From Paramicrosporidium saccamoebae KSL3 (lineage: Eukaryota; Fungi; Cryptomycota): a stretch of 32,000 nt of DNA. The position numbers and the translations under genes are program-made. Under the pieces are notes generated by a model. The model was given only the letters and a program-made list of their open reading frames with translations. It was not told the origin of the DNA and ran no database searches. Location of the stretch: assembly GCA_002794465.1 (NCBI GenBank), contig MTSL01000206.1, positions 37,313-69,312 of the forward strand, in the 5' to 3' direction. This document shows positions 20,601 to 29,459 of this stretch, in pieces (the stretch's first letter is position 1; every line of letters starts with the position of its first letter).

Positions 20601-21513
20601 TGGGGGAAAAGGCATTGATGGTGAATAGATGATGTCCAATGCGCAGATCCCAGAATGTCAAATAGCCGTCAATTGACCCGACAGCGAGAACAGTGTTACT
20701 GGGATCCAGACCAATGTCCGAGATGCAGTTTGAGTGAGAACGGAGGGAGTATAATAAAACGCCACTCTTGGCACACCAAATCTTGACAATACCGTCGTCG
20801 CCGCCCTAACAATTTTAACAAAGACAAGTCGTCTACAGTAATGATCCGGTGATCGGACCGATCGAACTGCATACAGTATGATGGAAGTCTATGGCCTGTA
20901 ATCGTCTTCAACTACAACAGCATTAGACAGACCCTTAGGCGACATACATGCAAGAAGCGAGTGGCAGCGACGGCGAGCATATTATCGGCCCAGGGTGATC
21001 CAATCGACCAGGGCAGTAGGAAATTAAGAATCACACCCCGGAGCGGCAATCTCAACGGAGACCTAATTTCAGCCAGTTTGGGCTCTCCTCGCGAACGTCC
21101 GTCACCGGTAAGCTGTCCTCGGAGACGTCCTGCAAGGGACAGAAGGTCTTTGGGCTGGTGCATGGCAAGTTCGCCATCACGGGGCATCAAACTGCGAAGC
21201 AACACTTCCAAACTAGGCAACCCTTCATCAGAACAGCCAGCCATCTATGATTATTACACTGTGTAAACAACTATGGTACGCCATGTTCAAAGGTGGTTGA
21301 CAAGACGTCACCCTGCCAGTTGACGGAGGGTGGGAAGAGCTGCGCACTCTCACAGACTTTAATCAGATGGCGGGCCGCCTGGAAGTGTCCTCTTCGGTGA
21401 AGGAACTCTGCCACCAGTAAATAAATCTGTTTGGTCGCCTCGTCAACCGGAAACTCGCGCTGTGTGCCCGCCACAAGGCCTCCCAATGGTTCTGTTACAT
21501 CCTCGACAGCCAT
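17686..21513 (-). CDS. Bromodomain- and WD-repeat-containing protein (PHIP/BRWD1/BRWD3 family)
   Basis: Exons 21513-21280, 21244-20948, 20911-20837 and 20805-17686, with introns of 35, 36 and 31 nt, giving about 1241 aa. LisH-like IYLLVAEFL...AARHLI, WD40 ITGHRLPSYCMQFDRS..RIITGGDDGIVKIW, Tudor-like PYLPQIYDVVAYFPEGH and a single bromodomain FPDYLEEVAYPMDL...NAFVYNLPDSDI. Confidence 0.88.
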
Positions 21514-21620
21514 TAAGAAATAATTGGTAACAGTAAGGACAGAGGCGCTTAGTTAGTAGAGGCGACTTGGCCAATGGTGCCCACCGGTGTCGTCCCTCCA
21601 AACCGGGGATTCCGCAGTCG

Positions 21621-22121
21621 ATGGGGCCATGTTACCTTCTGGTCTGCACCCTGCGCCATTTTGGTCGCATTTCCGTCCCATTATACACCCACAACAGCAC
21701 CATCATGTCAAGAGCCAGGTTTGGCATTGTAGGTCCCACTGAGGTCGCGTCCCAGCCAATGGCAGACTGTATACAAAGAATGAAAATTGTTTTGAAGAGT
21801 AGGCGGGCAGTCGGAATTTGTGCACCCCAGCTGGGGTTTGACTTTTGTTTACTCGCCTGGCGAGACTACTATGGAAAAATCAGGTTCCTTTGCAATCCCA
21901 AGATTACACCACTGGGCACGGAAACATTTTCTCTGCGAGAAGGTTGTTTGAGTTCGCCAGGCCTGCGACATGAGGTCATTCGGACGCGTGACATTGTCGT
22001 AAATGGAGTAGACCTTGAAATGAAACCAGTGAAATACAACCTCTCAAAACTTGACGCCGCCATCATACAACACGAAATGGATCATCTGGAAGGACGTCCG
22101 TGGCCACCACAAATCAAATGA
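21621..22121 (+). CDS. PDF: Peptide deformylase, probably mitochondrial
   Basis: All three PDF motifs are present: AVGICAPQLG, EGCLS and QHEMDHLEG. The first in-frame ATG is at 21621; the short Arg-containing, acid-free N-terminus could be a presequence. Start uncertain. Confidence 0.88.
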   Translation: MGPCYLLVCTLRHFGRISVPLYTHNSTIMSRARFGIVGPTEVASQPMADCIQRMKIVLKSRRAVGICAPQLGFDFCLLAWRDYYGKIRFLCNPKITPLGTETFSLREGCLSSPGLRHEVIRTRDIVVNGVDLEMKPVKYNLSKLDAAIIQHEMDHLEGRPWPPQIK

Positions 22122-22181
22122 TTATTATTTAAAGAAGGCATCGAAGCGGTATGCTACACTTCCCACCACAGCTCAATGCGA

Positions 22182-22934
22182 CTATTTACGGAAAGCATCG
22201 ATCCGATAGGTTATAGCTCCCTCCACCACATGTTCCCCATCGTCGGTCAATTTTACCGTCGGGGTTAGCAATTCCTGGCACTGGCGCGTTATGTTTATGA
22301 CCCGGGGATATTTATCGAGTAATGTGCCTGGGAAATGAGTATCGCATGGCATGGATGGATGATCAGTCAGGCGAGTCAGGAAGACGCAATCACAGCCACC
22401 ATCATAATCACGGTTGAGGGCTGCTTCGTATATGCCACTTCCACCTAACATTAGACAGCTACTCTGTAACTTATACCAAGGATAAATATTTGACCTGTAC
22501 CGGCAAGTCGACTTGCTTCTTCTACTGCAGACTCAAAGCTTGTCACAGCAACAACATCGGGATGCCGATTTCCATCTTTTGCACTAATGCGTCAGGACAG
22601 TTATCCCATATCGATACTTGAAAGACTGCACATCTCGTGTAACAATGATATTGATTCGATCTTCCATAGGTTTGAACCGGGTGGGAATGGAGTCCCACGT
22701 CTTCCGTCCCATTATTACAGCATTTCTGACTCCTGTGTCGAGGTCTGTGAATCGTATACTGTCACCGCAACACTCGTAGTGATGAGTGGTTACAAATTTC
22801 AGGAACGCCATGTCCAGTTGCAATCTTTTTGGGTGCCATGGCAATTTCTCCTCATTCCCAATGCCCCATTCCTTTGTCACAGCCGCCACGACGGCAAACC
22901 TTCCGTCAACCTTCTGATTCGATAATAACGGCAT
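22182..22934 (-). CDS. DFR1: Dihydrofolate reductase (monofunctional)
   Basis: Exons 22934-22618, 22583-22477 and 22444-22182, with introns of 34 and 32 nt, giving 228 aa. Motifs VVAAV...GIG...LPW, NAVIMGRKTWDSIP, RINIIVTR, IFILGGSGIY and CDTHFP. Confidence 0.93.
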
Positions 22935-23056
22935 CCCCACGTCTTCTAATTGGTCCGTTGCCCTTTATTTTATTGGTTGCTGAGCGTTAACGACCGACCG
23001 TTTACCTCGTTATCTGGCGAGGCTGGGCATAGTTGTGCAGCCGTCCTGCCGAAAAA

Positions 23057-23697
23057 ATGTCGTCTCCAGGTCGGAGGATCCAAACGGACGTCATGAAGCT
23101 GTAAGGGGGCGTGCGGGAGAGTAACCTTGTTGTAGTATCATGGCCCAGTATGAGGTGCAGCTAATCAACGAAAGCATGCACGAGTTTTACGTCATGTTTT
23201 CCGGACCCAAAGAAAGTACCGCATAGGCGTTGTACTTATTTGTCGTAGCACCTTTTGAAGGCGGAGTTTGGAAAGTCCACGTGGAACTACCCGAGAACTA
23301 TCCGTACAAGTCACCCTCCATTGGTTTTATGAGTCGCATCTTCCATCCCAACATTGATGAAATGTATCCCGTCTGTCGTCACTAATCGGCTAGGAGTGGT
23401 TCTGTATGTCTCGACGTCATCAACCAGTCATGGAGTCCCATGTTCGATCTGATCAACGTCTTTGAAGTCTTCCTCCCTCAACTCCTGCGCTATCCAAATC
23501 CAAGCGACCCGCTGAACGGAGAGGCGGCTGCTCTTATGATGCGTGACCCAAAGAGCTACGAAACAAAAGTCAAGGACTATGTTCGTCGGTTTGCCTCGGG
23601 TGACTCCTCTGAGGTGGCCATGAAGGAGGATGCAGATTCTGAAGTATCCTCCATTGCATATTATTCAGACGATGAGGCAGAGCAGATGGAGTTGTAG
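23057..23697 (+). CDS. UBC8: Ubiquitin-conjugating enzyme E2 H (Ubc8)
   Basis: Exons 23057-23100, 23136-23215, 23249-23363 and 23394-23697, with introns of 35, 33 and 30 nt, giving 180 aa. Protein [15 protein letters not shown]...[37 protein letters not shown] with an acidic tail. Confidence 0.96.
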
Positions 23698-23711
23698 TAT
23701 AGTAAATAAAA

Positions 23712-23885
23712 TTTGCGTGGGTTAATAAGTGGAGAGTTCCATGGCGTGGGACGATGGTTAGAAAAGTTTATTGCGTGGGTTGACGATTAGAAGAATCCAT
23801 TGTGTGGCTTAATGAGCAGAGGAACCCATTGCGTGGGTTGATGAGCAGAGGAGTCCATTGCGTGGGTTGATGATTAGAAGAATCC
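23712..23885 (+). repeat. Minisatellite, 6 x 29 bp, overlapping the PMS1 start codon
   Basis: Contiguous indel-free units start at 23712, 23741, 23770, 23799, 23828 and 23857; consensus approximately ATTGCGTGGGTTGATGA(T/G)(T/C)AGA(A/G)GAATCC. The last unit supplies ATG 23870 and the first codons of PMS1. Confidence 0.95.
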
Positions 23886-25714
23886 ACGGTGGAACGGTCA
23901 GAGACTTGGCTGCAGCACAAGTCATTTTGGACCTGAGCGCGGCTGTAAAAGAATTGATTGAGAATAGCATTGATGCTGGAGCAACTCAAATTGGTAAAAA
24001 GACCATAGTGTGCACTAAACAATACAGTGGTATCATTTTGGGGACTGGGATTGGAGGCTGTGGAAGTGACGGATGACGGCTGTGGTATTAGCGTCGAGGA
24101 CATGCACATTTTGGGAGAAAGGCATTGCACCTCTAAAATTACCACCGACGAGGATATCTATCAAGTACAGACGTTTGGATTTCGAGGCGAAGCACTCCAC
24201 TCATTGGCGGCACTTTCTGAAGACCTTGTAGTGACCAGCCAAACTAGGACAAACTCGACCGGCACCGGCCTACGTGTAAACCTTAAGAGCAAAGATACTG
24301 CCACACGCGTAGCCTGTCCAAGCGGGACCACAGTGAGATTGAGTGGCTTATTGTCATCGCTGCCGGTTCGACGGGCGGAATGGGAGCGAAATGCAAAGCG
24401 TCACCTTGCGCGGGCTCTCTGGCTCGTGCAGTCATATATTTTGGCAGTTCCAAACGTTAGAATTAGATGCATTGGGTGTACTAATGGCAAGTCGAGCGTA
24501 TATTTTGCGTCAAGTGGATCAAATGATGCAAGCAAGGCATACGCAGAAGCATTCAAGGGAGAAATCAAGGGCTCCTTCCAGACCGCCTCAGTTGAGACGG
24601 AAGCATTCACTGCTACGCTGTATTTCACACGAGAAGGGAGGAGGTCGGCCGATCGACAATTTTCATTTCTCAACAGTCGACCGTGCGATTTGCCACGCGT
24701 AATGAAAAAGCTTAACGAGACATTTCGGAATCATTCCTCGGATGTCATTTTTCCCATTTTTGTTCTCTTCATAAGTACCAATTCGCGGGTGGATGCCAAT
24801 CTGACTCCTGACAAACGACAAGTTTCGATTCCCTTTGAAGACAGCCTCATTACATGTCTGTGTCAAGAATTTGACCAGGCGCTTACTGACAAGATTGAGA
24901 TACCAGTGAAACTGGCGCCAATCAAAGCTAGCGCTCCGTCGGATGATCAAATCCCATCTTCGCTATTCTCAAAGCCCGATATCAGAGACTGTAGCCACTG
25001 CACAGACGTCTTGCCTCAGGCCCATGTCCACGTGGACGTTTCCCTCGACAATTATGCTCAAATCTTGGAACGCAGCGATTTTGGTCGTATGCAAATTTTG
25101 GGTCAGTTTAATCACGGATTTGTTCTAACCAAGATTGAAGATGCAACAAAGGGAACAAGAGTGTTCATTGTGGATCAACATGCGTCCGATGAGAGGTTTC
25201 GATTAGAATCATTACAGAGGGATCTTTCGTTTACTTGTCAAGCAATGTTGGTCCCCATCAAGGTTACAACTGGTCTCGACGACGTCATGTACATAATCGA
25301 CAACCAAAAGGCTTTTTCTGAGCTTGGATTCGTAGTTCGTGTTCAAGACGACGACGATGGCAGGTCTATTTCATTGCTATCGTCGCCTTTTGTGGCGGGA
25401 ATTCAACTTGCCGAGTCTGGTATACCTTTGGGTAAATATTAATACGCAGATTTTCTGGAAATGGTGTCGCTGATGAGGTTGGAGGAATTTGCCGGACTAC
25501 ACTGCTTATCACGAGTTGCAGAACAACTGGCATACCGAGCGTGCCGGTCTGCAATCATGATTGGAGATGCTCTCAATCTTCAGCAAATGGTCCAAGTGGT
25601 ACGGAATTTGGAGGGCCTCCAAAGACCATGGGTATCAAAACATGTCCAATTTATTTGTAGATTTGCGCACACGGAAGGCCTACAGTCCGGCTATTATACA
25701 TAACTGCCGCCTAG
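23870..25714 (+). CDS. PMS1: MutL-family mismatch repair endonuclease Pms1 (human PMS2 ortholog)
   Basis: Exons 23870-23993, 24028-25419, 25450-25631 and 25661-25714, with introns of 34, 30 and 29 nt, giving 583 aa. GHKL motifs AVKELIENSIDAGA, DDGCG and TFGFRGEALHSL. Endonuclease motifs DQHASDERFRLE, ACRSAIMIG and PWICAHGRPT. Confidence 0.93.
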
Positions 25715-26854
25715 GTGTGAACTACAGCAATTAGCACTGTAATGTCGTCCTGCTTCCTAGAAAAATTAGTAAACATTTTGTCAGAGTATATACCCTCCAG
25801 AAAACATGTATCCATGACTAAGGGCACTTAGTGCAAACGGTGACTTCCAATGAACTTCGTTAGATCTTGCCCATGAGTGCCATGCCAACGTAGTGGAGGC
25901 GCTCTTCACTCTCTCCTGTAGGGCAGCATCAAGTGACTGTATGTTACTCACCATCTTTGTCGCGCTTCGATTAGCCACTGGACCCACCATGGCGACCACC
26001 ATATCAACAATCTCCTGTTCGTAGAGATTATCCAACACTCCGTCAGTGACCATTACAATCATATCACCAGATCTCAAAAAGACTGACTGGCGTGACTCGA
26101 ATTGCTGAATCGAGCCATAGGGGTTTCCTTCTTGATCAAAGCCCACCTGATGCGGGGCATTGAACCCCTCAACCCCCAGCTTGGTCTTTCGGAGCAACTT
26201 TCCATCACGAATAATCAAGGCACCCGAATCTCCAATGTTGCTAATGTCAAGTCTCCCGCTTTCATGGTCAAGGATGGCCGTACAGAGAGTCGTAGAACCT
26301 TGCTTGTGCACTCTTTGAGCCGCCATCCGCTCAAATGCAAGACCTGCAACTTCACTCAACGGTAAGCGGGTTCCACTCGCAAGCCCTTTCATTTCCTCCA
26401 GAATTCCTGTGGATACTTTTGATGAGTCCCCACCAGACAATCCCCATCCTCCAACGCCATCTGCAACACCCAGAAACGTACGACCCTTACTGGGAGCTCC
26501 TGGTGCAACGGCGATGGAGAAGGCATCCTCTCCACATTCATGAGAGCTTGTGGAGGCGGTCTTTTTTATACAGTGGCCGGCGGCAAAGACGAGCAACTTT
26601 CCAGGATATTGCGTGACTTCTGGAGTCGAAGAGACCGGAGGGAACTCGGTTGAAACTTGCTTCTGCGTGAAAAGAGCCCATTTAGAGTGCACAAATTTGG
26701 CAAAATTTTCGGCCGTTTCATTCTTGCTAAACCAAAGAGCAGTGACAGCCACTGCACCCATTCCAATTACCAGAGATGTGATGATCCAACCAAGCGATAT
26801 GGAACTATTCTTGGGAGGTCGCTTCTTTGCAGGAGTAGTGTCATTCTTTGTCAT
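25711..26854 (-). CDS. PTC7: PP2C-family phosphatase PTC7-like with N-terminal hydrophobic segment
   Basis: Exons 26854-25794 and 25756-25711, with a 37-nt intron. Motifs CGEDAF, GVADGVGGW, GSTT, NIGDSG, FNAPHQ, TDGVLDNL and GGKQDDITV. Start uncertain; ATG 26854 is the first in frame. Confidence 0.88.
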
Positions 26855-26943
26855 TTCCAGGGAATGCACCAATCATAATGATTTCTCAGTGGAACTAGTC
26901 CATCAACAAAGTGACTCTTTTTATATTAAATTGAAAATAACTA

Positions 26944-27894
26944 TTAAACAATGTTAGCTCCGGAAGCCTCGCCTTGGTCCTCGGGGCTGTCAATCTTGTC
27001 GGGCGATGATTGGCTAATATCCAAATAACGATTAAAACGCTGCTCTGTGGGCGATCCAGACTGCTGGTTAGTTATGGGCGGAAAGTACATTCGATACGAC
27101 GAGTACGCGGCGATTGTTCCGATAATAGCGCCAGCAAGGACGTCCTGCCAATGGTGACGATAATCTATGATGCGGGTTAGCCCCACACATCCCGCTAACA
27201 GGAACGGCAACATGGAGACGACCAATTTGTAAACATGCCCTTCGCCATCAAATACTCCAAGCTGGCCAGCCAGGAAGAATCCAGCATAGCCCAGACCTCC
27301 GAACGAGGCTGAAGTGTGACCAGAGGGAAAACTCCTCCTTCCCTCATGAACCAGCTTTATCGGCCCACGACACACAACTTTGCTTAGGATAGATGGATCC
27401 GGATCACATCTGGCCAAGAAATCCGGCCTTGGTCTTCCCACCATTGGCTTAATCAACGTCGTCAACTGCACCGTAATCAACAGTGAAAGTAACAATCCCA
27501 AATAAACCACCAGCAGCTTCCTATTCCGAAACTGTCTAATCCCGAGCCATCCCGTAATCAAAATCAACGGGATGATAAGCGCAAAGATTGGCACTGCCCA
27601 GTGCGGGATAATTTCGCTCTCAACATGAGGGAACATGATTGAACGGTCATCACGCCAGACAATTCGCTCGAACGGTGGGATTGTAAAAATTAGAAAGTAC
27701 GGAAGGGTAAGGACAAGAATTAGTAGCAGGTCATAGAGATAACTGACCAACAGACGCCGACGAGTAAAGAATCCACATAGCGCCGACATGAATCTGCGAC
27801 GGCTGAGCAGTACCCCAACCTTATTGGGCGGTGTCATGCCCTCTTTGAGTCGCACCCAATCGAATTGCTCGACCAGCCTCATTGGCGATGACAT
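26944..27894 (-). CDS. DPP1: PAP2-family lipid phosphate phosphatase (Dpp1/Lpp1-like)
   Basis: Motifs KPMVGRPRPDFLARC, SFPSGHTS and TRIIDYRHHWQDVLAG, with multiple TM helices. The start is ambiguous among in-frame ATGs at 27954, 27894 (both in the repeat) and 27882. Confidence 0.9.
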   Translation of the reverse strand: MSSPMRLVEQFDWVRLKEGMTPPNKVGVLLSRRRFMSALCGFFTRRRLLVSYLYDLLLILVLTLPYFLIFTIPPFERIVWRDDRSIMFPHVESEIIPHWAVPIFALIIPLILITGWLGIRQFRNRKLLVVYLGLLLSLLITVQLTTLIKPMVGRPRPDFLARCDPDPSILSKVVCRGPIKLVHEGRRSFPSGHTSASFGGLGYAGFFLAGQLGVFDGEGHVYKLVVSMLPFLLAGCVGLTRIIDYRHHWQDVLAGAIIGTIAAYSSYRMYFPPITNQQSGSPTEQRFNRYLDISQSSPDKIDSPEDQGEASGANIV

Positions 27895-28039
27895 GTGTAG
27901 TTTGGTGATAACTGGTGTGGTTTGACCATGACATGTGTATTTTGGTGATGACATGTGTAGTCTAGCGATGACGTGTGTATTTTGGCAATAGTGGATGTAG
28001 TTTGGCAGTAATGGCGTGTGTAGTTTAGCGGTGACATGT
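27881..28039. repeat. Minisatellite, about 8 x 20 bp, overlapping the DPP1 start region
   Basis: Units start at 27881, 27901, 27921, 27941, 27961, 27981, 28001 (23 nt) and 28024 (partial); consensus approximately TTTGGYGATGACATGTGTAG. Confidence 0.92.
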
Positions 28040-28400
28040 TTAATATGGCTCTACGGTACTCGATTGTAACAGAATCATAAACTCCAAAACTGTACGAGGT
28101 ACCCAAAGACTGGTTACTCAGCTCAGAGGCATAATACTCCAACTAGTTGCAATATACTATGAGCAGCATAATACTACTCATCCCTTGGGAGGTATATACA
28201 ATCGATTTTTTGACTACACATCTTTTGTCTGGGTCCTTCCACATTTAATTTCCTAAAACTACATCCGACTTTAGACCCACCATTTTACGCTCGACTCTTT
28301 TTCTACAACCCACATTCATCTCCCCCTAATCTCATGTTCAATGCTGCATTGCCATCACTAGATACTCCCTCGACCAGGGTCTCGACCTCGACACAAGAGA

Positions 28401-29225
28401 ATGGTACCTAATGCCCCTCATCCATCCATCTCTAACACTGTTTAGGCTCGTGGACCTCGCAAGCATTTGAAGCGTCTGGCGGCCCCCAAGTCGTGGATGC
28501 TGGACAAATTGTCCGGTACCTTTGCCCCTCGCCCCTCCTCTGGCCCCCACAAGCTCCGTGAGAGTCTCCCTCTTATTGTGCTCATCCGCAACCGCTTGAA
28601 GTACGCCCTGACCAAGCGTGAGGTTACCAGCATTGTTATGCAGCGCCTCATCAAGGTTGACAACAAGGTTCGCACTGACTCTAACTACCCCACTGGCTTC
28701 ATGGACGTTGTTCAGATCGAGAAGACTGGAGAAAACTTCCGCATCCTCTACGACACCAAGGGACGCTTTGTTGTGCACCGCATCTCTGATGAGGAGGCTC
28801 AATACAAGTTGTGCAAGGTTAAGAAGCTCCAAGTTGGCGCCAAGGGAGTCCCGTTCGTGGTTACCCATGACGGCCGCACCCTTCGCTACCCTGACCCCCT
28901 TATCCGAGTCAACGACACTGTCCGCGTGAACCTTGAGGCTGGAAAGGTTGAGGCCTTTGTCAAGTTTGAGGTTGGCAATATTGCCCTCGTTACTGGTGGC
29001 CACAGCATGGGTCGCGTGGGAACCATCACCCATCGCGAACGTCATCCCGGAGGTTTCGATATCGTCCACCTGAAGGATGCCCGTGATCAGACCTTTGCCA
29101 CCCGTCTTGCCAACGTCTTTGTCATTGGTGAGAGCACTCAGTCCTGGATCTCTCTGCCCAAGGGCAAGGGTCTTAAGCTATCCATTGCTGAGGAGCGCGA
29201 TAAGCGTCTTGGTCTCCGCAAATAA
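28401..29225 (+). CDS. RPS4: 40S ribosomal protein S4 (eS4)
   Basis: Exon 1 is the ATG alone (28401-28403), followed by a 42-nt intron 28404-28445 and exon 2 28446-29225. Protein [23 protein letters not shown]...[14 protein letters not shown]; strong C-ending codon bias. Confidence 0.97.
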
Positions 29226-29459
29226 GTAGCTTGATTTGTTCCTGGACATACAATAAACGTACAATAATTCTTGACTGATAGAGTGAAGGTGCTGCCGAGT
29301 CGTGTTTGTGTGGCCACATAGACAACTTTGGCCGAGTGGAAATTAATAAGCATTTCGCGCGTCGATCTTTACTGAAAAGGAAGGTCCAGCATGTTGCCTA
29401 ATATGGAATGATAGCGAAAAGCGGCATCCTATGGGTCGACGCATGAACCAAAGGGGCAA

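Noticed and set aside
23712-23885. 29-bp repeats resembling a CRISPR array in unit length
   Set aside because: Units are contiguous with no unique spacers, the context is eukaryotic and there are no cas genes; it is a minisatellite.
23768-24145. 125-aa minus-strand ORF with repeated SSNHQPTQ-like motifs
   Set aside because: Antisense reading of the PMS1 start and the 29-bp minisatellite.
28338-29069. 243-aa minus-strand ORF
   Set aside because: Antisense shadow of highly codon-biased RPS4.
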